Shown one piece after another: positions 36,690 to 52,580 of a DNA stretch of 64,000 bases. Source of the DNA: Eledone cirrhosa (taxonomy: Eukaryota); assembly GCA_964016885.1 (NCBI GenBank), contig OZ024746.1, positions 29,326,001-29,390,000 on the forward strand, written 5' to 3'. The first letter of the stretch is position 1, and every line of letters begins with the position of its first letter. The translations under genes were made by a program, and so were the position numbers. Under the pieces are notes generated by a model. The model searched no databases. It was not told the DNA's origin and saw nothing but the letters and a program-made list of their open reading frames with translations.

Positions 36690-39600
36690 GATTTCTTTAT
36701 TGGCCACAAGGGCTGACATCAAGAAAAACATTACAGACGGCACAGGACGGTACAGAACGGTACGATGTGGGTTTTGTGCGTGTAAATATCTTTATTATTT
36801 ATATAAGAAAAGAAAAAAAAGACATAGAAACATATATATATATATATAAACAATAAAAATGAAAATTGAAACAATGAAAAATTCCCCAGTAGGAGGGAAA
36901 CCTCCGAGGGTTACTCGTGGCGAAAACTACACAAAAGACCACGACCACCCTGACTACCAGGGCAAGCGCCCAGTCTCAATTTTTCCATTTTTCAAACTAC
37001 AGGCGTATATTCAGAGCGGTCCCGTTCACTCGGACCATTCTCGCTACATTCACCCACCTTTCAACAAACTTGCTAGAATACAGCACTTGCCTCTCCACCC
37101 TGATTTTCCTCTTCAAGTGAAACATGAAAAAGTTAATTAGGGATTCGCCGAAGAGGAAAGTGTCTGTCTTTAACCCTTTCAACCTTGTCCACCACACAAT
37201 CTCTTTCGCCATGGCCACCAGGCAGATGAAAACCGCCTATCCTTCCTCCTCGAAGGAAGACGGCGAGACAGGGCACTTCCGTTCCTGTAGAGCTTATCTC
37301 GAACTGGCAGCGCTCCCTGGTAGCAGTGCCAGGCCAGGGATTTTTGGAAGTTATCCATAGGCCCTGAGCTTATCTCGAACTGGCAGCGCTCCCTGGTAGC
37401 AGTGCCAGGCCAGGGATTTTTGGAAGTTATCCATAGGCCCTAGGCTGAAAGTTCTCCGGAAGAGAGCAAACAGCTGATCTTCTTCGATGCCCAGGATCTC
37501 TCAGAGAGCGTCGTCGCTCTTCCCCTCCACTAGTCCTCTATAGAACGCCGAGATGGATGTTCCACCGATACTAGTGCCCAGCTGGTAGAGGGCAGTGAGC
37601 GCCTGGAGACATTCCAGTTTCCAAGCGCTATCCCTCGGTCTTTTTCTGACCCAGGTCTGCAGCTCCGTCAAGGAGACGAGCTGTGGGAAAACGTGCCTGG
37701 CGAACGGCGACCACACCTGTTCACCGTCAAGGAAGCACCAGAGATGTCGCAGCCTCAGCGCATATTTGCGCATCATCAGCCATGGCATGCCCAGTCCTCC
37801 ACGTAACGGGTGTTGACAGCAGATCGATCGTCTGACCATGGGAGCGCGTCCCTTCCACAAAAAGCGGAAGAGGAGGCGCTCCATTTTGGTGAGAGTTGGG
37901 CGGGAGCAAGGGACGACGGTGAGGCGGTAGCAGATGACGGATGCGATGTACGCATTCGCCACCTCCGCCCGGCCTTTCAGGGACAGCTTCCTCTCGACCC
38001 ATTTCTGGGTGAGGGAGGCCACCTTGCTAGTCACGTCGTTCCAGTTTTTCTCCATCTGGAGGTTCGGTCCGAACCAGACCCCGAGCAATTTAACCGGTCC
38101 GTCCGTCCAACGCCCCACGACGCTGTCGGACGGCATGGACTTGCCTCTCCAGGTGCCGAGCTGCAAGCCCACCGACTTTTCCTGGTTTATCTTTGCTCCT
38201 GTCACCGCTTCGTATTCCTTGAGAGCGATGCCGAGCATCTGGACGTGTCTGGTGCTCGACACCACCAAGGTGACGTCGTCGGCGTAAGCCGACTCGGATT
38301 TCACGCATCCTAGTTCGCGTGGCACGCCCCTCATCGCCCCCAGTTTGTGCAGTAACGGCTCGAGAGCCAATACGTACAAGAGGGACGAGAGGGGACAACC
38401 CTGGCGGACTGAGCGCATGATGCAGAACGGCTGCGACAGATGACCGTTCACCCTTACAACTGAGCAGATGTCGCTGTACATCGCTGCGATCCAACCCCTG
38501 AAAACGGGCCCGAAACCGGCTGCCTCGAGGACTGGCGCCAGGTACCGATGGTCGACCCTATCGAATGCTTTGGGTTGATCCAAATTGATCAGGGCCTCAC
38601 CCGTGCCAGGTTTCTTGACCACTCTCTCTATGATGTATCGCATGAGGTGGAGGTTGTCGTGTATGGATCTGTCCGGAATGGCGCATGTCTGCGCCTATCC
38701 CACCAGACCCTTGACGACAAACGCCAACCTCGTTGCTAACAACTTGGCCAAAATCTTGAAATCTTGAACAGTTCAGCAAAGTGCTGCTGAAAGGCTTGAC
38801 ACATCCGCTCGGGTTTGAGCATCACGCACCCGTTTTGGTCAGACAAAGACGGAATTGTAGCTTTGTTGCCACATCGCGCCTCTGTCACCCAGGCCCATTG
38901 AACGGCTTCTGTCCCCTCGTGTTTCAGAGCACGCGCTCTAGCTCTGACAACGCAGCCTTCGTGTTTTGCGTTGAAGAATTGGTCGAGTGCCAATCTCGCC
39001 GCAAGCACGTCGGTTACGATGCCTGTCCTAAACGCCTCTTCTAGCTTTCTGACTAGCTCTCCCTCTACTCTATTTTCCTCTATCACTTCTCCTTTGCTAA
39101 ACCTAATCGACTCTACTTTAATTGCCCTTTTCAGGGCGAACCACCACCTGTTGTTGATGACCGCTACCGTCAACGCCCGCTTAACTAATACGCTAATCCG
39201 GTTTCTGTAGGCTTTGCGCGCCGGGAAAAACGCGTTCAGCTTCCAGTAACTGGGCCCTTGTCTATGAAGTCTGTCTATGTCGATCTCACAGATCACAAAT
39301 TTGTGGTCTGTGTAGTCGACTATTTTAAATTGTGGACAACTTATACTAGCCTTATCTAGTTCTCTGCAGAATACCCTATCGAGATACGATCTGGATGACT
39401 CGATGCGGTTTCTCCATGTCCACATTGGCACATTCGGGTGATCCAGTCGATATCTGTCAGACAGTTCAAAACGTCTGAGCAGGTTGGTGAGGCTCTTGCA
39501 CCCTCCTCCCCTATCCACTAGCCCCACACAATCCCAGCGTGCATCCAAGATACCGTTCCAGTCGCCCACTAACACTAAAGAGCGGGACGTTCCAAGAAAG

Positions 39601-40200
39601 TTCTCTAGGCGTCTGAAGAAATCTGGCCGTCCTGCCCCTGTTGGGGCGTAGACGGCTACTAACCTGAAAGCATTGACTTCACTGCCGGTCACGTCCAGCA
39701 CCACCGACTTACCTTCTGGGTCTAGGAAGATGGCCCGTATGGCGAGATCCAAGCCTCTCCGAAAAAGGACGGCAACCCCTCCTCCCGATCCTGGACGGCT
39801 GGGAGATGCGTATACATTGTAGGCGCCGAAGATCGGTGCGAAGGCTTGTGCTTCGGAGATTCTGGTCTCACTGATGGCCACCACATCTATGTTTAGTGAC
39901 CTGAGGTTGTTGAGCAGGTGACTCTGCTTCAAAGATGACCCCAGGCCACGTGCATTTATACTGTCTATTCTGAGTACGGCCATGTTGGATGAGAAACGGG
40001 GCAAGTGAGAAAGGGTCACTTACCTTGATCGTGTGGTGAAGGGATAGTAGAACCGTCCCTTTCGCTGGTCATGGGTGTTTCCAAGAGGATGTCAGTGTAT
40101 ATCCTCTTGGTAACCGACCCTCTGAAATCTCCAACTGCGTTGGGGAATTTTTGTTTTAAAGGTTTGTACTGTTCTATTGAGATTTCAATGATGCTTATGT
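36690..40200 (-). mobile_element. L1/Tx1-clade LINE: ORF1 tail plus disrupted ORF2 (APE endonuclease + RT)
   Basis: APE domain (INARGL, SETR, AVYAP, VGDWN, LDRVF, YTDHK) from ATG 39983. RT motifs KAFDRVDH, VRQGCPLS and YADD. Internal deletions at about 38760 and 37262; 76-bp tandem duplication at 37290-37441. Confidence 0.93.
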
Positions 40201-40295
40201 TTGTTGGGAGAGTTCTTGGTGTTGGTGGGGTGTATTAGTTTTTTCTGTGATGTCTGGTGTGCTGCTTTATATATTGCATGTGTTCTTTTTTTGCC

Positions 40296-40508
40296 ATGTA
40301 TAATAATAATAATTGTTTCTACTTTAGGCACAAGGCCAGCAAATTACCCAGTGCATTACTGGTACTTTATTTTATCGACCCTGTAAGGATGAAAGGCAAA
40401 ATCAACCTCGGCCTTTCATCCTTATGGATAGTAAATAAAGTACCAGTAATGCACTGGTAATTGCTGGCCTTGTGCCTAAAGTAGAAACAATTATTATTAT
40501 TATACATG
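40296..40508. mobile_element. Inverted tail-out pair of 5'-truncated SINEs
   Basis: A minus copy (40300-40411) is joined to a plus copy (40411-40503). Confidence 0.85.
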
Positions 40509-40998
40509 TATAATAATAATAATAATAATTAAAATACGACAATGCAAGAACTACGACAACCACAAATACAACAACAACCATATCTTGTATAAAACACTAT
40601 CTTTAAAGTAGGTTAATGGTTTCAAATGATAACGATTGTTGTTGCAGCTGTTATCGCTGTTGTTGATCACAGTCCATATCTGATTTGAGTAGACCAAGAC
40701 ATTTCATCGAATAGTATTCCCGATGAAAGGAACTTCAGGTACAGGTATTAACAAACCGTGAGTAGGTACATCATCCACCAACATTTATCCAGGCCGGGAA
40801 ACAGGAAAAGACTCCATTGTCTTATCATATTTACGACTATGTTGATTTTTAGAACCACGTGAGTTCCGATTGAACATGGCTATATGGTATATGGTTAAAT
40901 GTCCACTTTTCAACTACATGAGATCAGATTTGATCCTATATTACGCCAACTTGGACAAGAGTATTCTATCTTAGTCGACTTGACCGGTTCCTTAAATG

Positions 40999-41069
<71 letters not shown>

Positions 41070-41116
41070 GTTAAAATACTGGAGCGTATCTGCCGATATT
41101 ACTTCTTGTTGTTTTG

Positions 41117-41160
41117 ATTGCCCTGATGAGTCCTTAATAGGACGAAACATTGTCGGCTAA
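41117..41160 (+). ncRNA. Canonical type I hammerhead ribozyme
   Basis: gcc-CTGATGA-gtcc ttaata ggac-GAAACA T TGTC|ggc, followed by AATAAA. Confidence 0.88.
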
Positions 41161-41202
41161 TAAAGACTTTTGATGTATTGAAGGCTTCTTTGTTTTACTC
41201 TC

Positions 41203-41243
<41 letters not shown>

Positions 41244-41480
41244 GAAAAATATGGGGAGAAGAATACTGCATGGTTGCACAAGGATTACATATTATAAAAT
41301 TACTCCCTCATCAGTGATTTGCCAACGATCATATTTATATATATTAGAAAGTGAGGTTTTTTTACAAAATGAAAAATAACCGAGGTGTCCTACACGAATG
41401 AAAGTATAAAGAAAAAAAGATGAAATAAAAAATGCAACTGGAGTCTTATTTTTTAAAAAATATATATATTTATTTGGTTC

Positions 41481-41516
41481 CTTTACCGGTTTCGCAGTTC
41501 TTGTGCTTTTCAAAAG
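41481..41516 (-). ncRNA. Hammerhead ribozyme, U3-A8 core variant
   Basis: ctt-TTGAAAA-gca caagaac tgc-GAAACCGGTA|aag, followed by AATAAA. Confidence 0.65.
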
Positions 41517-41573
41517 TAGAGTTGAGATGGAGGGTCTGTGGTTTTTCTCACGTCTCACATCTCACATATATAC

Positions 41574-41662
<89 letters not shown>

Positions 41663-41984
41663 TGTTAAATTTAGATGTGTCTTTAATCATATAAACTCGC
41701 ATATTTGATGAGATGTAGAGGAAGTGTTGGGCCTTGGTCATTATGATTGTACTGTGAACTGATCGATATTGGAACAATTGTAAAATACCAATAAAGTTTA
41801 AACCAATGCCGCAATAGTGACTTCAGTCCTACGTACTGTACACACATAGACACAGATATATACATAAATACTTAATGTATATTGAATAATATACGGAATG
41901 TTTATGGAAAACTTTTGAAAGGCTTTTGCTATGTTTTTTTCCCTTGCAAATACAAGGGAAAGTTATCGACACCGCATTGTTTCT

Positions 41985-42336
41985 TGAGTGTGGGAGTGAA
42001 GGAGTGTTGATGAAGGTTTAAAGGAATTAAAGCATACACACACACACGCACGCACACACACACACATACACACACACACACATACATACATATATACACA
42101 CAGAAAATGGCGAAGTTTGACAGCAAGATAAGAGTGTTTAAGAAGGTGGTTGTAAAATTCCCCTCCTGCTGGTTCCATTTCTATAGGTCATCTATACAAC
42201 CACCTTCTTAAACACTCTTATCTCTGCTGTCAACCTTCACCAATTTCTGTGTGTATATATATATGTATGTATGTGTGCGTGTGTGTCTGCTTTAATTCCT
42301 TTAAATCTTTATCAACACTCCTTCACTCCGACACTC
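41985..42336. repeat. Diverged inverted repeat that includes CA/TG microsatellites
   Basis: gagtgaaggagtgttgat...aagaaggtggttgta is mirrored by tacaaccaccttctt...atcaacactccttcactc. Confidence 0.75.
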
Positions 42337-42829
42337 ATTAACACCACACATCACACCTCAGATACATCCAAATCTCTCTTATATATAGAGTCACACATTG
42401 ACAATCGCCACCGACGAATGCGAGAAAGTTCTCCAACAAAGTTAACCAGGAATCTTTAAAATTCTTCACACCGAAGTTAACAAAGAAGTTACTAGATCTA
42501 CCAACTCATAATATTATTATAATTGTCTCTACTTTTGGCACAAGGCCAGCAATTATCCCAGTGTATTACTGGTACTTTATTTTATCGACCCCATAAGGAT
42601 GAAAGGCAAAGTTAACCTCGGCGTGATTTGAACTCAGATCATAAAGGGACGTAACTCTTTGCTGCAAAGCATGGCGTCCGACTCTCTACCGATACTGCCA
42701 ATCCACCGCCCTATAATATTATTATAATATCATAAAATCAAATCAAATTATTTACAACTAGAAGTGAAGTCATTCTTTTCCTTTTTTTCAAATATACCTA
42801 ACTGTACCAAGGATCTCACACATTTTTCA

Positions 42830-43632
<803 letters not shown>

Positions 43633-44062
43633 TAATAATAATAATAATAATAATAATGGTTTCTTTATTGGCCACAGGGGCTGACACGAAAAAAATCATT
43701 ACAGACGGCACACAACAGTACAGGACGATACAAAGTGGGTTTTGGTCGTGTAAACAGGTTATAACAAAATCGGGCTAGAAATCCAAAAAAATTCAAACAA
43801 CAAAAATTCCCCAAGAAGGGGGAAAACTCCGAGGTTCACTCGTGGTCAAAACCACACAAAAGACCACGGCCCCCCTGACCACCAGGGCAAGCGCCATCTC
43901 TCACTTTTCCCACTCCTCAGTCTACAGGCGTATACTCAGAGCGGGCCCGTTCACTCGGACCAGACTCGCCACTTTCACCCACCTTTCAACAAACTTACTA
44001 GAATACAGCACTTGCCTCTCCACCCCGACTTTCCTCTTCAAGTGAAACTTGAAAAAGTTATT
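43633..44062 (-). mobile_element. 3' fragment of the same L1/Tx1 family
   Basis: Homologous to 36690-37140 (ORF2 C-terminus, 3' UTR tttctttattggccaca) with a (TTA)n tail. Confidence 0.85.
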
Positions 44063-44525
44063 AAAACCATTTAGAAGAGCATTCGCTATGAGGGTTAAAG
44101 TAGTGACTATGTCACTTACTTATTCTCGGCAAAAACAACAGAGAGCGGCTGACAGACAGTCTGTTTCTCGCTTGTGAGCGTTTATCAAGACCACACACTC
44201 AGTTACCTTTGCCGAGAATTATAGAGGCTGGATTCTTATAGAATTCCAGTAATAATCAGGAGCTGATTAAACAGAGCATTGCCGGTCCAGCAAAAGTTAG
44301 GTATTAGTATTGGTGCTATCAGCTCCTGATTATTACTGCAATTCTATAAGAATCCAGCCTCTATAATTCTCGGCAAAGGCAACTGAGTGCGTGGTCTTGA
44401 TAAACACTCACAAGCGCGAAACAGAATGTCTGTCGGCCGCTCTCGGTTGTTTTTGCCGAGAATAAGTAAGTGACATAGTCACTACTTAAAAACTCATAGC
44501 GAATGCTCTTCTAAATGTTTTTAAT
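44060..44525. mobile_element. MITE/fold-back element with about 205-bp TIRs
   Basis: Arms 44060-44268 and 44318-44525 are diverged reverse complements with a spacer of about 50 bp and TTAA at both ends. Confidence 0.8.
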
Positions 44526-44554
44526 TAAACATACGGTATATTGCAAAATATACT

Positions 44555-44612
<58 letters not shown>

Positions 44613-46254
44613 ATGTGTGTGTGTGTATATGATATAAATATGTATGTATATATATGATATATATATATATGTGTGTGTGTGTGTGCGATTGTTTAATTAT
44701 TTCTGTTGCCTAAAATCTATAGATACATATATTATAAAATATTTAGGTAACGCACACAATTACACAATCGCACACACACACAGGCCCCCCCCCCAACACA
44801 CACACATCTGTACCAGTGACTTTACAAGATTAACTATTTACATTATTTCGTTTACTTATATCAAATCATATAAGAAACTCTCATAATTCTATATACACAT
44901 CATAATTCAAAGAGACCCTGTTCTCTTACTATTCTGTGACAGCGTTAAACATAATTCGGTAAGACTTAAACTATGGCAGTCGTCTTGAGTTAATGAAATC
45001 ACGAACTATACAGGGAAAAAAAATAAAAAAGAACGAAAAAAAACAAAACAAGGACAAATGTTTGTTTCTCGAAATATTGACCTCCGTTGATGGTTATTAA
45101 ATTTGTCTGTTCTGAGCTCTTACTTACCATTATCTTATGTCAGCAATGACAAGGACGCCAGTCAAAGAATGACAATATAGAGGAAAGAATTCCATAGAAA
45201 TCTCTTTAACTTGGCTTAATAACAATATTGGTTTATATTATTCAAGCTGTCAGGTGATCAGGTAAAACAATTAGAAAGTTTCCGGTGGCAGAGTCGTGAA
45301 AACGGCATATGAAATGGAATGCAGTATTTGTCGCAGCTCTCTGCACACTGAGCCTAAATCCGGTTCAGGGGAAATTTGCCTATAATCATTCCGAAGGATG
45401 GTAAATAAAGTAACAGTTTAAGTGTTATGTGTTCAGCCGTTGAGGTTATGTGTTCAAATCCCATAGTGTCCTCCTTCAGTGGTAAATAGAATCTTTCCCC
45501 CAAAGCATAGTACCACTATCTGACACTATGTTGTAGAAAGTCCATATCTCCGGTTTGAAAATACCTTTCATCCACCTTCCCACCAGTCTAGAGGGCTTTG
45601 ATAAGTTAGAGAGCACTGCACAGAAAACCCAGAAATGATCATGAACGCAGACATACCCCTTGCCTATAACTCAACTACAAATATAATACAAATATACAAC
45701 TCTCTGGTAAATTTTTCGCCATCTGCAAACATTCCTATTCATTGTATGAACCAGCCACGTCTTACAATGCATTCATTTTCATTTTTCTAAGAACCTTTTA
45801 GATGTTACCAACATACAACTCGGAGAACTTGAAGATTTCCGAAAATACTAAATACTTAGAGACGTTTGAAAAGGGATAAATATGATGGCATCTATTTTAG
45901 TAACAAAAATCTTCTGATACTACCAATATATTTCTCGATTTTGCCACCAATATATTTCTCGATTTTTTCCATTTATTTTTGCATATATTTTTCCATTTTC
46001 TATTTGGACATGTAGTTGCTTCTTAAGAAAACGTCTACATCAATTTCTTTTGTAAGAACCTTTAGTATTAAGTGCTATATAATCATTTCTGTGAAAACAT
46101 TCAACTGTCAACTGTCTTATGAAGAATAATAACAATAGTATTGTGGGTATGTAAAGGAGCGGCTCATTTCAAACAAGTTGTCATAAGTAAGAAACGTCAG
46201 AAGTAGAGAGATATAGAAAAAAAGTTTCCAGGAGAATACGTAAATAAACAGAAG

Positions 46255-47720
<1,466 letters not shown>

Positions 47721-47949
47721 TCAGCTGATATGATTATGTTGTTGAATATGTCAAAGATTGAAGGGCTTGATGTGATATAGCGAGAAATGTTCCGCTATAT
47801 AGGAAGGAAAAGAAATATGACTACATTTCCAGTGAACTACCACACATGCCTACACACACAAACACATACACACCCACACACATGTATATATATATGTGTG
47901 TTTGTCTATGTGTGTGCGTGTACGTATATATATATATACATATATATGT

Positions 47950-48558
47950 CAGGTCACCAGTTGGTGCTACTGGTAACATGTATTCCAGTACAACCTGTCC
48001 CATGGTCGGGTCGTTGGCGACTAAACTGGCAACCCCACCAAGGTTTCTTGGTGAGGAGGGTGACTTTGGACATCCTGCAGGACTAAAAACAAAACCTGTC
48101 AAAAGGCAAAGGAGCTCTTAAGAGTCAATGGCCATCCAAAATCACCGGGAGAGATGACCCCTTAGCCTTTGTCAAGGCAGAATTCTAGGAGAAGGAAAAC
48201 TCTGATATAACACCTGCAACCCTGATGGTATCCAATGATGTTGACTTGTTCTTCTTTTTGGTAAATATCATCTTGGTTAAGAGAGTGGGACTGGCTTTGT
48301 GCAGTGCCTTTGCTCACTATAAAAGCTTCACGGCACAGGCATTGCTTTATATCTGGAGATCTCTCTGCATTTGTCGTCACATGGTACCATGGGCCCAGCA
48401 CTATGTGTCAATAATTGTCACAAGTGTAGTGTTTGTACCAGAGCTTTCAAGTCGCTGGCTGGACTAAAAAGTCACACTCGTTCAGCGCATCGGTAGGGGT
48501 TCTCCTACATGGATATAAAGTAGTGGCCGTACTCGAAAACGAGTTGGCAGCCACCATA
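47950..48558 (+). mobile_element. Interspersed repeat with RTE-like 5' UTR motif; second copy at 61975-62376 (-)
   Basis: About 400 bp nearly identical between the two copies. Contains CTAGGAGAAGGAAAACTCTGA. Confidence 0.65.
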
Positions 48559-48629
48559 TACATATATATATGTATGTGTATATGTGAGTGTATATATATA
48601 TATATATGTGAGATCCCCGGTAGTTGTTG

Positions 48630-49025
48630 GTGTTAGAGAGATCTCCCTTCTTTGGCACTGGGACGATGTTACTGATCCTCCACTGATTCGGGCAACTCCT
48701 TTCTCCAGTGCCCCGTTACAGAACCCCAGGATGATATCATCTCAGAGCTGTATGGGAGCATCCCAAAAGTCAGCTCAAAAGTGACACAGAGGAGACTGAG
48801 GTTAGCTGGACATGCTCACCGACATCCAGAGTTGACATTGCACTCAGTACTCCTTTGGGAGCCCCTACATGGACACACTAGAAGAGGAAGACCAAGGTTA
48901 ACGTATGTTGATGCCCTAAGGACAGAGACTGGTCTGTTGGAGATGCAGGACATGGCAGCGATAATGAGGGACAGAGACCGCTGGAGAGAACTCGTCCATT
49001 AATCTCGGGAATTTTACCCGCCTTA
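48630..49025 (+). mobile_element. RTE-clade LINE 3' fragment
   Basis: RRLRLAGHAHRH...LLWEP...[11 protein letters not shown]...DRDRWRELV. Confidence 0.85.
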
Positions 49026-49093
49026 GATAGATATATATGTGCGTCTGTGTATGTGTGCGTGTACGTATATAAATATATAAGTATGTGTATATG

Positions 49094-49180
<87 letters not shown>

Positions 49181-49517
49181 CGAAGTAAATGTGGTAAGGA
49201 ACCAGGTGGACCATAACGCACCAAAGTACTCAATACTTAGGGTAGTAGAGTGGGTAATAGGAACGAGTAGGACCCCGACGGCTGAGCTCAAGCCGTTTCG
49301 ACGGCTAATTCTGGACTAAATTTATATATATGTGTGTGTGTGTGTGTGTGTATGTGTGTCTATACAGGGTGTCCCCAAAAAATGTATACAAACTTCAACA
49401 GCATTTTAATAAATATTGCCTGTATAGGTAATCAAAGAGTGTATACATTTTTTGGGATACCCTATATATATATATATATATAGGGTGTGCCCCCAAAATA
49501 TATATATATAAACAAAA

Positions 49518-49576
<59 letters not shown>

Positions 49577-49879
49577 GTGTTAGAGTGAGAAAACGGGAGA
49601 GGGGGTGAGGGAGTTGTTTTTTTTCTTCAGTATGTTGACACATGAGACATTTACAACAATATCAATATGCCACCACCACTACAGGAATTTCTCAAGTTTT
49701 ATACTATATCATGGCGGTAGGCAGTCATCATCATCATCGTCATCATCATCGTCATCATCGTCGTCATCATCATCATCGCCTTCATCGTCGTCATCATCAT
49801 CGTCGTCGTAGCCATCAACATCGTCACCGTTGTAGTCGTCATCATCATCATCATCATACTAATTATCATTATCATGATA

Positions 49880-50290
49880 AAAGCCGACCTTACCCAATTA
49901 CACCTCTCAAAGGCAATGACACACGACCGTGACCTCTGGCGTCACGCAGTAATACAGAGTACCCGACCTCCCATGGCTACAAGCTGAAGCATATAGACAA
50001 TATGCCCCCACACCCCCCACCGCAGGGTGGTCGTGGAGGTGCCACGGCAAAAAAGCACCCAGCCCACACTGTAAAGTGGATGTGTAGGCGCCACGAAAAA
50101 GCACCCAGCACTCACTGTATATGAGGTTGGTGTTAGGAAGGGCATCCAGCTGTAGAAATCAAGCCAAATCAGTTCCTGTATGAGCAAGGCATGGTCAGCC
50201 GACCAGACACTGCCCACAACAGGACAACCCGTCTAACCCATGCTAGCGTGGAAGAACGGACGTAAAACGGTGATGATGATGATGATGATG
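49880..50290 (+). mobile_element. RTE-type 3' end/3' UTR with internal repeats and (GAT)n tail; older relative at 17795-18670
   Basis: MTHDRDLWRHAV-like ORF end and repeated gccacgNaaaaagcacccag units, which are also tandemly repeated at 18330-18665. Confidence 0.6.
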
Positions 50291-51012
50291 ATCATCATCA
50301 TCATCATCACCATCATCATCGTAGTGAACATCGTCATAATCATCATCACCACCGTCATAATGAGCCTGCAGGGTTGGGACCCACATAAATCCTGTGATGG
50401 ACTGGTGCCCGGTCCAGGGAAGAGCGTTCTACGTTTACTAACTTAACACCAATGAAACCACCAGGCTAAACTCCGAACTTATGAGCATTTATATTTGGAT
50501 CAGACTTTACCTATTTTAAAGTTGTGCGTAGAAATAAGTAGGTAGTGTTGTACGTGAGACTTCGACTAAAACCTCATTTACTCAATCTGCTAAGAATAAC
50601 AATCAAATCTCACGCAAATCACACCAAAGCATTTACAAAATGGAAGGACACACTAAACAGTGTAGTCCTCGATGTACTATGACCGAAACTAAAAAGATGA
50701 TAATTTCACAGATAATGCCCTTTTGATAATAGGTCTGCTAGATCACGAGGGACCTTGGTATAAACAACTAGTACTATAGTTTTCAGGGTAGTATAATTTT
50801 CATATTACAGTTGAAATTGCAATCTTACTTATTATCTATCAAGTCACGTAATTCCGTGACTTTGTTGAGAATTGTGAAATAAAACACCGCAATAAGGCAG
50901 AAAGCAAAGCCCATTAATTTGACACTATCAAAATTGGCAATATATATTGTATGCTACACACACACACATCACACATATATCTTTATATATCGAGATATAT
51001 GTGTGTGTATGT

Positions 51013-51112
<100 letters not shown>

Positions 51113-51173
51113 TTGTTTGTTTGTTTGTTTGTTTGTTTGTTTGTTTGTTTGTTTGTTTGTTTGTTTGTTTGTA

Positions 51174-51204
<31 letters not shown>

Positions 51205-51448
51205 ATGTATGTATGTATGTATGTATGTATGTATGTATGTATGTATGTATGTATGTGTATGTGATGGACTCTCGTGGTGTTCGACGCATGAGGGTAAAAT
51301 AATGTTTACTTTTCTTTTACTCTCCTGTGAGACACTAAGCCTGCTTTGTTATTTGCAAAGGTTGAACAGAAACTGCACTCTTTTGACCATGTTTTAGATC
51401 ACCTAGGTGCTCTATCCTTGTATATGTATATATATATATATATATATA

Positions 51449-52580
51449 TTTCGTTTCTGAATTTGTTTAGCAAGATTCTTTATCTGAAATCGTGTGTTGA
51501 AACCGATATTGTTATACTTTGGGAGGGTCATGTTGCCAATAAGAAACACACGCACCAGTTGCTTTCACTTCAATTTATTATAATAAATTTATAGTAAATT
51601 TATAAATTTATAAATTTCTGGTTGGTTGGTTGGTTCCACAACCAGATGATTGTTCATATATTGTCATAGTTCTTTCGTCACACACTCTGTGACCTCTTCA
51701 GTGACTGGGGATTCCTTTCTTTGTTTCTGTGCCTCTCCTTTGTTCTGTCCTACGCCATTTTGTTTCTGTGTGTGTGTTCTGTGCTCAGTCTGCGCATGCG
51801 CCACATCCGGGTGTCTGTGTGTGTTTATGTTCATTTAACCCTCATGTATAGATAAGAAATGTATAACCTGTAAAATAAGCCCCCATATTAACTGTAAAAC
51901 TAGAAATGTAGTGTATAGCATAAGATGCACCGAAGGACAATGTAGAGACAAAAATATAGTGTACATAGGTGAGACAGCTCGTAGTGTAGGGGAACGGATA
52001 AATGAACACTGGCGAGACCTTCAAGATAGTAAAGAATCATCTGTACTCTACCAACATGCTAAAACAGAACACAAGGGTAAATTAGAGAACATAGAAATAA
52101 AAATAGAATCTACACACAGAAAAGACGCAATGTTTAGACAAATTACAGAGGCAATAAACATAAAAGAACAGCAACATCACAACTTACAATTAAGGACAGA
52201 ATGAAAACACACACACACATAGAACAAACAACCAACCAGTAACATGTAAATAAACAAATAAATAAACACACACAGACACCCGGATGTGGCGCATGCGCAG
52301 ACTGAGCACACAACACACACACAGAAACAAAATGGCGTAGGACAGAACAAAGGAGAGGCACAGAAACAAAGAAAGGAATCCCCAATCACTGAAGAGGTCA
52401 CAGAGTGTGTGACGAAAGAACTATGACAATATATGAACAATCATCTGGTTGTGGAACCAACCAACCAACCAGAAATTTATAAATTTATAAATTTATTATA
52501 AATTTATTATAATAAATTGAAGTGAAAGCAACTGGTGCGTGTGTTTCTTATTGGCAACATGACCCTCCCAAAGTATAACA

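Noticed and set aside
45460-45850. Possible minus-strand RT relic (GMFADG)
   Set aside because: Only a weak motif, with no sustained frame.
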